Source of the DNA: Hypanus sabinus
Lineage: Eukaryota
Assembly (NCBI RefSeq): GCF_030144855.1
Contig: NC_082709.1
Span: 150,784,001 to 150,848,000 of the forward strand
Direction: 5' to 3'
Length of the DNA: 64,000 bases
Shown here: piece by piece, positions 25,531 through 38,554 of the stretch
Position numbering within the stretch: the first letter of the stretch is position 1
Layout: every line of letters begins with the position of its first letter
Position numbers and translations under genes: made by a program
The notes under the pieces: generated by a model
The model's database searches: none
Seen by the model: the letters and a program-made list of their open reading frames with translations, nothing else
Told to the model about the DNA's origin: nothing

Positions 25531-27713
25531 TCTCCATTATGTTATACTGTATAATATGAGCCATTGCATTCACCGCCTCTTTATCACTCTACAAAATGCC
25601 TATACCAGCATTAACATTGCTGCACTTAACTCTTACTTAAATAATGACCTTTCTCTAGCATCAGAACATTTTGGAAGTTCTCCTTACACAAGAACAATAC
25701 TTTTGTGAAGGTTCTGGGAGAAGACAAACTTCTGAAGAGCCAACTGTATCCTGTATCCATCGAAATGAGCTCAGCAATGCTTTGGATTAATGCTTACAAG
25801 TACTTGGAAAGACAATGTTTTCATTTTGCCAAATAACTAACATTATAGTTCTTAAAAAACCACAAAGCCTCAATTTCAAAGAAAAAACACCACCTTAAAT
25901 AGTCTCAGGGGCTGGTTCCTGAGTTCCCAAGGCAAGGGAACTTCAAGAAGCACAGCCGATTTATAGATGAATCCTCATCAAAAAGCTTTTGAATTAGTTG
26001 AGGGCAATCACTATTTGCTGATAATTTACACTCAATATATAATGTTTCTTAGTATTTTCCTATAAATTATTTGAAAAGAGAAACACTTATTTTACAAATT
26101 TGGTTTTTCAGAATAAGCATGTAGATATAAGCAAGGTCAGGATTGACTTTTCATGTGCTTATGTGTTTTAGCATCAGGTGTTTGTAATTCAACACCTGAA
26201 AAGACCATAATCTTCCTGCAGCTTTACATGATGGGGATGAACCGGTGGCTAACGTTAATTGGAATCCAAGAATTCTACGTGAAATTGGGGAATGTAATAA
26301 GGGTACTATACTGTAGGATGAGATAAAATAGAGATCTCCATAGGTTAAGTAGCATTTTACATGTGATCTCTTTAAATTAATAGTGTGTTATGCTGGGAAG
26401 ATCTATGGATATGCAGGTAAGAGGATTATAAAAAGCTAATTTTTATCTGGAAATCAGGAGCTGAACTGTTAAATTCTAGATTCTAACTACCATCTGAGGG
26501 CAAAAATAATTAGTAAAAGTGGAATAGTGTCAGCCTAGTGTATTCTCAGAATTGCAAAGCAAATAATAACGTGTAAAATATCAATAAATTATTAATGACT
26601 TCTCATAGATGTTATATGAATTTATTATTATTCAAGTTCCCAACTATAATTGTTTATTTCTTGCCTATTGTAGGCTTACTAGTTACAGCTATTTTAATAC
26701 GGCAATAACTAATTGTTCAAACATCTTTCAGTCCACACTGAGCAAGATTAAACATTTGTGTTTAGTAGGCCAGTGATATAGGACAAGGTTTAATGCAAGT
26801 CCTTGCAGAGCTTTCTACAAAAAGCTAATGATTGCAGCAATGGACTGCTCAAATCAATGGCCCGATTCAGGGTAAGTTACACAGTTATATGCACAGATTT
26901 AGGGTCGACTTGCACAAAGCCAGTTCTGGTAAGAACTTAGTACAGACTGAGGTTTTACTGATATTTTTCTTTAAAGAAAAATTCTAATTTCTGTAGCTAT
27001 GTTAGCTAATAAACTTTTATTAGTTACATTACATTCTGCTTAGAGATATTTGATTAACTGTGGTCAACATTTTAAACTATGCTTGCTTAAACTGAAATGC
27101 TACTGGTTAAGAATTTACTGAAAAAACATTGTTGGAAACTTATTAAATAATGAATAATTTAAAGATCTATCTTAAATATTGGACACAAGCTGAGAGATAT
27201 TAATACTCTATTACTATCTAGTGTTGTTTCTGGAGTTAGCTATAAATGTAAATACATATCAATTATTTATTATATTTCCTACATTGGTCAATTTTGTAAG
27301 TTTAATATGGCACCTTTTTCTATTTTTTGACGATATTGTCTTTATTATCAGCTAGCAGTAACTTTAGAACTGAACAGCAGAGGAAAGTAAGATGCTTGAA
27401 AATGTCATTGTTATTTTTTTAGAGGTGACACTCAGTTCCCACAATCTTCAGGGATACTCTAGGTGAAGACTTGTAATAACCACTGATAACCATTCAATGC
27501 AGTGAGTTTTTATTCAATGAGAGCTGTGTCTTACTGCATCAATTGGTCCTTCAAATTTAACCATGTAATACACCTGCTGGGATTCATGAATTGAGTGACT
27601 CTTTACGTGAAAAGTAAACCACACTGATTATTAATCACTACTTAGGGCATGATAGTCATAATTTAAAATCTCATTGCTGGAATTGACTCGAGTGTAGGAC
27701 ACACCCATCTTGG

Positions 27714-28070
27714 ATATAAGACCATAAGACTTAGGAGCAGAATTAGGCCATTCAGCCCTTCAAGTCTGCTCCACCATTCCATTATGGCTGATCCCAGATC
27801 CCATTCAACCCCATACACCTGCCTTCTCACCATATCCTTTGATGCTCTGACTGATCAGAAAACGATCAACTTCCGCCTTAAATATATACATGGACTCGGC
27901 CTCCACCGCAGTCTGTGGCAGAGCATTCCATAGATTTACTACTCTCTGGCTATACCTTTTACCTCTGTTCTAAAGGGTTGCCCCTCAATATTGAGGCTGT
28001 GCCCTTTAGTTCTGGATAATTCCACCATGGGAAACATCTTCTCCATATTCACCCTATCTAGTCCTTTCAA
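27714..28070 (-). mobile_element. CR1 LINE 3' fragment
   Basis: Tail ataagaccataagac plus aggagcagaattaggccattcagccc; ends cctatctagtcctttcaa (reverse of LKGLDR). Confidence 0.85.
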
Positions 28071-28679
28071 TGTGAATGAAACGGCAATGGTGTTGCACCC
28101 AGATTATTATGCACTGCTTCATTGAAAGAAAGAATGTTTCCCTCCCTAAACAATCGTTTAATTTCGGTATAATTTATTAAAACAATCTAGAACATAAAAT
28201 CCAATGTTGGTTGGCTATACTTGAAACAAACTGGGATGTAGAACAACATGGCTGAATGTGAAAGAAATTGGTAATGGAATTTTCTTGAGTGCAAACTGTT
28301 AATTAAGCTTCTTCAATGAGTCAACTCCAGTAGTTTGTAATGAAGCATAACAGTAAGATTCCTCGTACCTGAGTCCTATCAGGTGTATTCAAGCACCTTT
28401 GGAAGTCATATAAATGGTACAATTCATCCAAACATAAGTAACAAAATCACATTTGGTAGATGGAAGAATTAATAAATATACTTTAGTGATATGTTGTATA
28501 CAATGGCATATTTATATGCTTATGGTAAATCATAAATATAGATGATGAAACAGACAGGTCAGATAAAGTCAAATGTAAAAGTTAAAATGCCTATACACAA
28601 AACTGTGTACATAATGAATATGAGTATAAATAAAGAAATGTTTCAATAAATTGCTTAACTTGTTTGTGAATATTCATTT

Positions 28680-28930
28680 ATTTTTTGAGGTACAACATGG
28701 AGTCGGTCCTCTTGCCCCTTTGAGCTGCACTGCCCAGCAACCTTGGATTTAATCCCAGCCTAATCATGGGAGAATTTGCAATAACCAACCAGTACATCTT
28801 TGGACTGTGGGAGGAAACCCACACGGTCATGGGGAGAACATACAAACCCTTCAAAGGCCACAGCGAAAGTTGAACCCATGTCACTGGTACTGTAAAGCGT
28901 TGTGCTCACCACTGCGCTACTGTGCTGCCC
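28680..28930 (-). mobile_element. V-SINE
   Basis: Reverse V-core tttggactgtgggaggaaacccacacggtcatggggagaacatacaaac; tRNA-like head at 28870-28930. Confidence 0.8.
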
Positions 28931-31490
28931 AATATTGAGGGAATACAATTAATTCATATTTTTAACACACGTGTACATCATTCTCTGTGAATAAACCATG
29001 GAATATTGTTCCTTCTCACTGACTTAATGTTTCCAATTTCCTTGTAGGGTGCAGTAAATCACAAACAAAAATTCATTTCAGCATTTGGAATCTCCTAAAG
29101 TTGTGCACATTTTATATGCTGTAATAAATCAAATACAAAAAGAGTTTAAATCTGTTGCAGATGCAATACCAAAACTGTCACATTTCCATGATAGGTGTCC
29201 CAGATGTGGCAAGGATGAGCACACTGTCCGAGGATGCTTTGCATGATTTGGTTTGATCTTTATGTGAGCCAAATCTGTCCTGTTGACTTGAAAGTTATTT
29301 CTGAATCAGTGCTCAGAAATCGCAAGGGAGGGATTGGCCCATGCTATTCTGGCTTCCATTTGTGAGCTTGAATCTGGTTCAAATCAATAATATTCCCTAT
29401 TTTGCATTTTATTGAATCTTTGACCGAGATAAAGGATTACCTACAATTATAGCATAGATAATAGGCATATTAAAACTTCCAACAGGGTTCAGATTAGATG
29501 AATATACGTATTTCTAACGGGCTTTAATAGCTACTTGTTCATTCCAGGTGTGTTACTTTATATCACCATCGCATTAATAAATTCTGTTAGAATTTCTCCT
29601 TAATTAATGAAGTAAATATAGGTTACAATGATACAGTAAACCTCGTAAAAACCTGAACAAATTCTGTATATTGTGCTTTTAAAAAACATTTAATTAAAGT
29701 TTGATATTTGGTCATATATCATACAAATGTCAGTTAACTTGAATGATTTTGCAAACACCATAAGTATTATCTTTCCAGTACCTTCAGATGCCTGTTATGG
29801 TTTGAGGTCTTGATCATAAAATTGCCTTTTCTTCAATCAAAAAAGCTTTCTAGTGAATTGAAATTGGTAGTGAATTTCATTATTGACATCAGCCTTCACT
29901 GAAAGGAGGCTTCTGAGTTATGCAAAGTCAGTCATGTTCTTCAAGTTCTTGCCATGGTACTGAAACAAGACCTTTCATTTGAAAGACCCTGCTGGAGTAT
30001 TGTGGGTTCAAGGTGAAGGATATTTTCTGCGTCCAAGACTTCACCAGCAATGGCTTCTTTGACACTACCTTCAAGCAAAAGCTGCTGTGGATTTTCAGGA
30101 GAAGAGGCACCACAGTCACTGCTGAAGGCACAGCCACTCTTCATAGGCCCCCAACCAGAAGGAGCAAGTGATCACAGTGCACATGTTCACTGTTGTGGAC
30201 ATTCTCACCTTGCTGGCTCATTTCATCTAGGGAGCAGGAAATGGTGTGGACATCAAGGACATTTTTTCGACTTAGACAGGTGAGGGCCAGGTGAAGCTCA
30301 AGCTGAGGACTGATGCAAATAACGCTATCAACCATCCTCCCCTCCCCCAGTCTCAGGTGCAACGACGGTGGACAGGTGGCAGTCCAATGCAGTGTTATCA
30401 TTGACAAGAACTGCGTGCAGAAAGGCCACCAGTTCAAGGACTGTAGAAAAAGCAAATGGTGCAACGTGTGGGGAGGTAGGCCACTTCTACAAGTCCTGCC
30501 CAAACTGTGCTGGTACCTATGCCCAGCGGTAAGAGGGGGAGCTGGCACTGATAATGTCCAGATGAATGCTGACACTCTGATTAGAGGCCAAGACCGGGGC
30601 TGAGGAAAGGCTGACAGTCTGGAAATCGCACACACCGGGTGAAAAACCGCAGCCCCCCCCCCACCCATGAGGAGGACCAGTTAATGAAGGAAGGGAGGGC
30701 AGAGGGACAAGAATGGTGGATAGCAGAAAGGAAAACGTCCTGGAAAACGTCATTCAAGGGAAAATGGATAAAATTAATGGGATGTAAAGGGCAGAGCAGC
30801 AAACAGACCCAGCAACCCTTCTTCGTCGGGGATGAAGCATACGCGAGACACCAACCGCGCATGCAGAGGAAGCGCTTGACCGGAGTGAACAGTGGAAGGA
30901 AGCTAACAGCCGGCCACCCCCTAGCCCCGGGAGACCGGGAGCAGCACAGAAGCCATCATTCACCCCCAGCTCCGGGAGTCTGGGGGCAGAACAACATCCT
31001 GCTCACCCCAGCTCGGAGAGATGCTGGGCGTGGGTTGAGGAGACTAACCTTCCCCAGACACGCCATCATCATTGTCACCGTCAGAACCTGAGCCCACAGT
31101 GTGGCAGTTCATCACCGCCGTGGGCATGAGGCTCTGAGTGAGCCCAGAACTCAAACGTGTGCCGTGTGATGTATCCGTGCCTTGCAATACTTGGCCAAAG
31201 TGAAGGCGGATGGGCCTCCGCAACTATCGGAGGTGAGCACGATGGTGGTCCCGCCGTTTGTCTGTGGAGTCGGGGTGCAATGTCTGCCCCGCTTCCGACT
31301 CGGGGATTCTGCTGCGGGGGAAACAACTTCTCAGTCACCCAATGTACCGAAACACTCTGCTCCGGCTCATTGATGTGATCGGCTGGCCGTCCTCCGGGCA
31401 GCACCTCCAGGTTCCTGATGGAAACAATTATTGCGCGACGTCTTCAGCACCCTGTATCCGTGAGCCAGGACCCCAAATTTGGGCCACCGG

Positions 31491-33556
31491 TACCATCTGG
31501 GGGAATAATTCTTACAGTGATTTTTGGCAAGACATACACCCCTAGTGCTAGAAAATATGTGATAGCATTGCCGCAGTGGTAGCTTTCTGTGTGATCCTGG
31601 GTTTGGCTCTGAGGGAAAGCACTCAGTAGCAGAGTAGATGTTCTGTTCGACACATACAAGGAGAACTCTGTCAAGAATAGTGAAAGGCCTGTACGGGCTG
31701 AAGAGACTGGTCATGAGTTGCAAGGTATCACAGACACACAGGTGGTGGGGCAGTGGAGGGGCTTCCTGACCAAAGTCAGTAACAACAATGATCTCATTAG
31801 CTTCATAGGCCATGAATGGAGGAAAGTGGAGTATAGGGCAAAGCTACAGGAGAAGATTCTGTATGCAACTGTGAATGACAAATATTACAGAATCACATCT
31901 CAAGACGGTGAAGAGGTGTCAGCTCTTCAGTGACAACAAGAAGAAGCTGATGGCTGCCTACTTCTCCATGCTGCCCACTCCACAAGAGAGGGATATCAAT
32001 CTGTAGTGATCTTCTCAGAAGACACAAATGTCTTTATCATGTCTTCAGCATTTTGTGACAAGATTGCAGCTCCATTGTTCCAGAAGTGTGGCACTAGAAC
32101 CCGTACAAGGCTTGTAGACATCAGGAAGGTTGCTGCCACTGCTGGCATAGAGGTTTGTAGGGCTTCATTGGGTTGCACGCATATACAGGATGTGACACTG
32201 TAAGCGTTTTTGCAGGCAAAGGGAAGACAAGTGCCCTAAAACTACTGACCAGCAGCAGGGAAACTCAGGACACATTTTTAGAGTTGGGTCAGAAATGGGA
32301 CTTCTCCCTAGAACTGATGGACAAACTGGAGGCATTTACATGTCTCCTGTATGCCCCAAAAGCATTGACCACCAAGGTCAATGAGCTCAGGTACAAAAAA
32401 GGTGAAATCAAAAATCATCAACTCCCACCATGCAAGAACTGCTTAACAAAACATGCAGAGCGAGCCAACTACCAGGCTGGTATATGGAGATGCTGTTTGG
32501 AGAAGGACCCACAAGTGCCAAGCCCAGTTGGCAGAGGATGGAAGATGGAGAGAGAAGAGGAACCTGAACAGTCGGTGGTCCACTGGATGGAAGGTCAGTC
32601 AGCACCGGATGCCATCCTGGATCTACTGGCCTGTAACTGTCCAAAAACAAATGTTACCTCCCGAGATGTATGTCTGTTGCAAATGGCCTCAGGTGTACTG
32701 ACATGTGTAGACTGGCAAACTGTGAGAACCAGGCATCCACCTCAGAGAGTGAGGAAAGTTCAGATGAAGATGTGGAAGAATTGGAAAATTATTATGATTA
32801 TTAATAGGTTATGAAAGTATAGAATACAGTGTATGGAAAGCAGTCTTTGATTAAATATATTCATTTTACAACCAAATGGGGCCTAACCCCACATTTGAAC
32901 TATTGTACTGTAATGCTATATGCTATGACAAAAGCTTAAGATTGTTTTGATTTGAGGCAACAATTTGAAAAATATCATGACATTGATAAAACTCCAGAAA
33001 TCTCTCCAAATTAGGATTTTTACCTTTTTGGGGTGGGGGGGGGGTGGTAACATTTTCTGCTGTACTAATGTTAATATGGAATATACAAAAAGTGATTACT
33101 TATTTGATTTCCTGAATTAATTCTCTACAAATCCATGTGATTATATGTGTCCTAGGGTTTTAATTGAGTTTTCCAAAATAAACAACAGACAAATATTTTT
33201 CTAAAAATGAAATGATTCACTCTACTGAAATTGGGCACTGTACTGCGAGTGCCACCAATGACATAGTTTTCAACGTAGAAGTTTATAACAACATTTGATG
33301 AAAGATGCTTGAACTCAGCTATCGTAACAAATTTCAATGCTGAGGGATCACTGATGACAAAATATCACTAGATTGAATATATATGTTGTACTTTATATTA
33401 GCCACTTTTCAGAAATGCTTATTTTAGGGTAGTGTTATAAAATGCATGATAACACACATAAAGCTGCCACTGGTGCAATGCTATCACATATTTTCTAACT
33501 CTAGAGATATATACCTTGCCAAAAATCACTATGAGCATTATTCCTTTTAGATGGTA
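31491..33556 (+). mobile_element. Internally deleted Academ (AcademX-like) DNA transposon with ~103-bp TIRs
   Basis: Imperfect TIRs 31491-31593 and 33453-33556 (TACCATCT...TTTTTGGCAAG...AGAAAATATGTGATAGCATTG). Flanks CCGG and CCGA. Internal XPG/FEN1-like coding remnant plus Cys-rich finger. Confidence 0.75.
31620..32790 (+). pseudogene. Disrupted XPG/FEN1-like (PIN-fold) nuclease plus Cys-rich finger of the Academ-like element
   Basis: RVDVLFDTYKENSVKNSER, QEEADGCLLLHAAH, SEDTNVF, HAYTGCDTVSVFAGKGK, LPPC..CLTKHAERANYQAGIW, GRGW, CNC...RCMSVANGLRCTDMC...CEN. In-frame TGA at 31931-31933 and at least two frameshifts. Confidence 0.8.
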
Positions 33557-36500
33557 CCGACCAACCCTCCTGGCTCACGGACTATTGGCAGAACACAGCC
33601 GCAACGCATCTGGTCGAGATTGTACTGCTCATTCTGCTCCCGGATTGACTCCCTCTTTCTGTTGTCATGATCAGGGTCACCGACGGTGTTTTCTGATTTC
33701 TGCCTCCCCTGGGTCTCCTGTCACCTGCAGAAGGCAGGTAAGGGGACGTGAACTCTGAACGTCAAGCTGCTGATTCCAGAGAAGTAAAGAGCGAGTACAC
33801 ATGTGGGGGAACCTTGAAGCCCCTGTCTAGAGAGCATTGAGAAAATAAAGAGGGAGTACACATGTGGGAGACCTTGAAACCTGTTTGATACCCCTGTGCA
33901 CTGGTGGGAGGAGACCAAGGAGAACGTCAAGAGGTTCTCCATTCACAAGTCGGAACAGAAAATAAGGCAGGGTCAGAGGGAACTGTGCAAACTCCTGACA
34001 GAGTTGCAGCAGCTTTCACTTTTGCAGTCAAGGGGGAGGGGTGGATGTGAGGGAGGAGTTGCGAGAGGAGAAGAGTGAACTCTTTTCCTCTGAATCCTCA
34101 AGGTATCTTGTGATTGAGAGTTCGCACTGTAGGGCAGGATGAGACATGCTTATGCTCCTTCTTCCAAAAGATTCACAGGGGGGACTGTGATCCCCAGTCT
34201 TCATGAAGCAGACAGCTTGGTAACATACTCGCAGACAGACATACTGATGATCTGCAGATCCTTGCACGCTCGTCTGTATGACAGAAAGTGCGGCGGATGC
34301 CTGTCTGATCAGTTTGTACCAGAAGAAGGCCTTCGGCAGGATATCACACATGCACATGATGCATGTGCTCTCCAAATGGGCTTTGGGAAGGGAATCAGGA
34401 ACTGGGTCCAACTGCTCTACATGGATAACTGAAGTGCAGTCCAAATCAACAGGTGGAAATAATCAATTCTACAATCAACTCTGGAGTCAGGCAGGGTTAT
34501 CCACTCTCCCCTGTCCTGTTTGTGTGCTGTATAGAATCCTTTGCCGAATCTATCAGGAAAGACGAGAGCATAAAAGGAGTGATAAAACCAGGTAGTGGAG
34601 GGATGTAGGTGAAAACCTCCCTAGACAAGGACAATGCCACTATCTTCTGCTTGGATTGAAGGTCAGTTCACAGATTTTTCAGCATCTGTGACCAGTTTGT
34701 ATTGGCATCAGAGTTAACCATGCAAAGAGTGAGGCCAAGCTTGTTGGCAACTGGCCCAACTGATCCAGTGCCTCTTCATGTGAGGCCTGGTTACCTGAAG
34801 GTGTATGGGCTTTGGTTAGGAGGGACCAAGATGTGTAACAGGAATTGTCTGCAGTGGATTGGGAAGGTAAAACAGGAATTGTGGCTGTGGGGAAAAAGTT
34901 CCCTCTCAATAACTGGCTATCAGATGTGAGGTGCTCTCAGGGGTGCTGTACTTGGTACAACTAGGAAATCACCTGGTTCATCTGGGGATCCATGATGGAG
35001 TGAGTCAGATGGGTCACAATGCATAAATCCCCAGACAATGGGAGCAAAAGTGTTCCCTATACTGCCCTCATTCTGATCACCACTTTCATGTGTAGCTGCA
35101 TCCGGCTGTGTCTGGAATCTAGGTATGTGGACACCAAGAACCACTTCTATCTGTCCCAGGTGTCAAGAGGAATGGGTCCCAGTCGTGGAAACATTCTTCC
35201 AGTCCAACACCTTTGACCACAAGTCTGTCAGGCAGTGTTCAGCGCAGTACATCATGCAGCCACTGCAAGAGAAGGACTCAACAGATAAAGTGGGTTGGTT
35301 CCTTGAGCAAACTATCCAGACCATGTGGCAGATTGCCACTTTTCTAAATCTCACCAGCAGGCACCAAGACCTTGCCTGGCTGGCAATGAAAGGAGCCTCC
35401 CAGTCAGATCCTTTCTGTGTGCTTGGAACATTGCTCCCACAACATGATGCCCCTGAGAGGACTGTAGAGGAGACAAGATAATTGCTTACCTCATTTCAGG
35501 CAGTGATTTTGCAAAGAAGGTGTGGAGAAAGATGCAAGCACTTGTGTCACGTTTCATCCCATGCAGCTGCATGACAGAGGATTCTCCTGTTTTATGATGG
35601 TTTTTCACATCCTGCACCAACAGGCCTCTTCTTTTATTGCCAAGCATGATTTTCTAATCACAATAGCTGACACTTCTGAGATTAAAGGGTTGTTTTTGCA
35701 TAAGATAAACTTCTAACCAAATATTCATTGCTCAGATTCTGGTCATAGATGGGAACCAGTCTTTAGTTCTTAATGTATATGGAAAGCAATAATCAGCTTG
35801 AAGTTTGAACGCACAGCTTTGTGAACAAGCACTTAATACAGACTTTCAGGTTCATAGCATGAGGATAATTGCTAAAGAGGTACATTAAAAGACAAGGGTT
35901 ATTTAATTAAACTTGTTTCAAGGCAGATAGTGCTGGCTTAGTTGTTTAGTTCAGACCAGATGGAGACAGTTACTTAGCACGTCACTAACTGATCTATTAA
36001 TAAGTTGGAAGGTTTATGTACTCAGGGAAGTTAGTGCGGCAGCACGATTTGTGGGTACCTAGGATCTATGTCTCAAAGACGTTTTTAGACCATTTGTATT
36101 AAAAAGTATCTGAAAGAATATCTCGTGTGTGAACTCAGCTAAATGGCAAAGAAACTGTGTAAATGAAGAGAGCAGTTCAGTTATACTAGGAATGGGGTAA
36201 GGAACATCAAGAAGAATGGGATGGACTAGAGTCCATTCCTCTGCCTATGTTTTCTGCAACAGATAACTGGTTCATCTGCAATTTATAGACTTGCATCTGT
36301 GTTTTGGAAATTCTTTGTATTGTAGCCATACGAGTGGAGTTGGTGCTATTGGTTGAAAATGTAATTTAACACTAAATCCATTGTTTATGAATGTAAGAAT
36401 GAAGGGCATTGCATGATTTATTTGAATATACGAATAAAGGTTATTTTGATTAAAGAAAAACAACAGGTTTTTAGAGGGATTTTGTCTAGTGAGTGTTGAC

Positions 36501-37044
36501 TATATAACCCATTCCCTCATTGGCTTCAGTGAAAGCATTGATGGCTGGTGCGTGATCTCTAAACATGCACGTCATAAGCATCATCAGCAAATTGCTGTTC
36601 AAGGTTATCTAGGTTAACCTTGCATATAGAATGATAAGCTGACCAAACAGCTTCAAGTTTGCTTTAAGGATTAGCTCTACTCCTGCTTGAAGTCTGTTGG
36701 TGGTCAGATGCAACATTGTGGCAAGAAAGCCTGTTTGGTGGACCTGACAACTGTTCTGTTGTAATACCATGGCTTTCATCCTGTTATGGAGTAGGCCAAA
36801 GATGGATACTGCTTTTAGTGCTAAATCTGAAGAGAGTACATCCCATTAATGAAGTTAAAGGCCTTGAGGAGATCAAAAGAGCTGCGTATTAGAACTTCTG
36901 CAGCTCTTTGTTGGTGAAGGTTATGTCCCTTGTGCTGCTAGATGGAGGGAGGCCACACATATAGTCACCACGTGCATTGATAGATAAATGGCTTCTGATT
37001 GTGTTTTTTCACTTGCTCCTGTGTCATTTTGACCATGCTTAAAT

Positions 37045-37382
37045 CAGGTTTATTATCACTGATTTATATGACATGAAGTGCATTGTGTTGCAGCAGCAGT
37101 AGAGAGCAAAGATATAAAATTATTATAAATTATAAAAAATATATAAATAATGCAAAATAAAGGAGAACATTGAGCTTATGTTCTTGGACCTTTCAGAAAT
37201 CTGATGATGGAGGGAATGAAGCTGTTCCTGAATTGTTGAGTGTAAGCCTCCTTATACTCAACAACTCCTGCGCCACCTCTCTGATGGTAGTAATGAGAAG
37301 AGGGCATGTTCTCGCTGGTGGGGTTCCTTAGTGATGGATACCACCTTCTTGAGGCACTGCCTCTTGAAGATGCCCTCAATGA
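37045..37382 (-). mobile_element. Rex1/Babar LINE 3' fragment
   Basis: Minus strand reads FRNSFIPSIIRFLKG; same 3' UTR as 3635-3985. Confidence 0.75.
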
Positions 37383-38364
37383 TGAGATTACATACTTGGT
37401 ACATGATTTAATGTAGGACTTGTGAGTGTATATTTAATCAATCTCAATATCACTGTCAACAGGTCTCCACCTTTGACCTACTATAAACTTGATGTACATA
37501 TAAGGCAAATGGCCGAGAAAATTTGTTATTGAAAAAAGTCATTGTCACATTAGGATGTTCCACACAAACCTGATGTATTTTCGATAGTTTGGCTATTCTG
37601 TTCATGAGATTTCAAAGTTTTCCCAATGAATGGGTTATTATAGATCAATGTTTCAACTCACACCTGCTTTTAGAAACTAGGCCGAGTCACATATAAAAGA
37701 TATAATTTGTTAGTGTGGTTAACGTTCTATTTTAACAATTCAGTTTCTGCTCTGCCTATGTAACTTTAGTGTTTCTGCTTAATATTTAGCTTAGTTTTTC
37801 ATACCAGAACTATAACTTCTGTGCCTCTCAGTGACTTACACATACGGCTAGCGGCATTGCATTCAAATCAATAAATTGCTGAACTTCATCAGGTCACCAC
37901 AGGAACATGGAGATACAAGAGACTACAGATGCTGCAGATCTCAAAAGGCCAAGCAGCATCTGTGGGTTGGTAGTCCTGATGCAGGGTTCAACCAGAAACC
38001 ATCCCCACAGGAGCTGCTTCACCTACTGAATTCCTCCAGCATATTGCTTGTTGTAACTCAAAAATATGTCCAACTGGCTAAATAATGAACACCAATTTCA
38101 AAACAAGTTGCAGCACTGACTCTTGAAAATTTTACTGCTTGAAAAGATTCCTTGATAGATGATCTGAATATTTATGGTCTGTCTGTGATTCTCTTAATGA
38201 AGAATTAATTTAAATCCATATCAGTCAGAGTGAACAGCTATTATATGTCAGTACTACAAAATATTTGAATAGCTTGTTGAAATTGAGTAAACATTTTAAA
38301 AAAAATACTATTCCTACCTAGTTCTCTTAATCAAAACTAGAAGACATTTAACCTCGATTAGTCA

Positions 38365-38470
38365 GAATCAGAATTGTTTTTTTTTATCATCAGCATATGT
38401 CATGAAATTTGTTGTTTTCTGGCAGCAGTCACAAAAATAATAAATGGTACAAAAAAGGAATATTGAGGTT
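38365..38470 (-). mobile_element. Rex1/Babar 3' UTR fragment
   Basis: agaatcagaatt...ttatcatcagcatatgtcatgaaatttgttgtttt. Confidence 0.55.
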
Positions 38471-38476
38471 ATAAGA

Positions 38477-38554
38477 CAGAAGTTCCCACCGAGGTTCACC
38501 GATCCCTCAGTTATTAGTTGGGGTCCATGGCATAAAAATGATTGGGAACCCTTG
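38477..38554. mobile_element. Small hAT-like MITE remnant
   Basis: Imperfect TIRs cagaagttcccacc and gattgggaacccttg (CAGGGGTTCCCAACC type) around ggggtccatggcataaaaa. No clean 8-bp TSD. Confidence 0.45.

Larger units (their letters stand above)
29880..35590 (+). mobile_element. Degraded L1-Tx1 clade non-LTR retrotransposon (ORF1 with CCHC knuckles, ORF2 RT), split by a DNA transposon
   Basis: ORF1 remnant LLEYCGFKVKDIFCVQDFTSNGFFD, VITVHMF, tandem knuckles NCVQKGHQFKDC-RKSKWCNVxxxxGHFYKSCP (about 30410-30500). ORF2 remnants GKGT*TLNVKLL, WWEETKENVKRF, LISLYQKKAFGRISH, MGFGKGIRNWVQLLY, SGVRQGYPLSP.LFV, LTSRHQDLAWL, FAKKVWRKM. Confidence 0.85.

Noticed and set aside
30639-31545. GC/CpG-rich stretch with several ORFs as a CpG-island promoter or new gene
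   Set aside because: It sits between Tx1 ORF1 knuckles and ORF2 remnants and is best explained as the element's low-complexity region.
32173-32814. 213-aa ORF as a host gene or domesticated nuclease
   Set aside because: It lies inside TIRs with a stop and frameshifts upstream and a frameshift in the Cys finger, so it is a transposon pseudogene.
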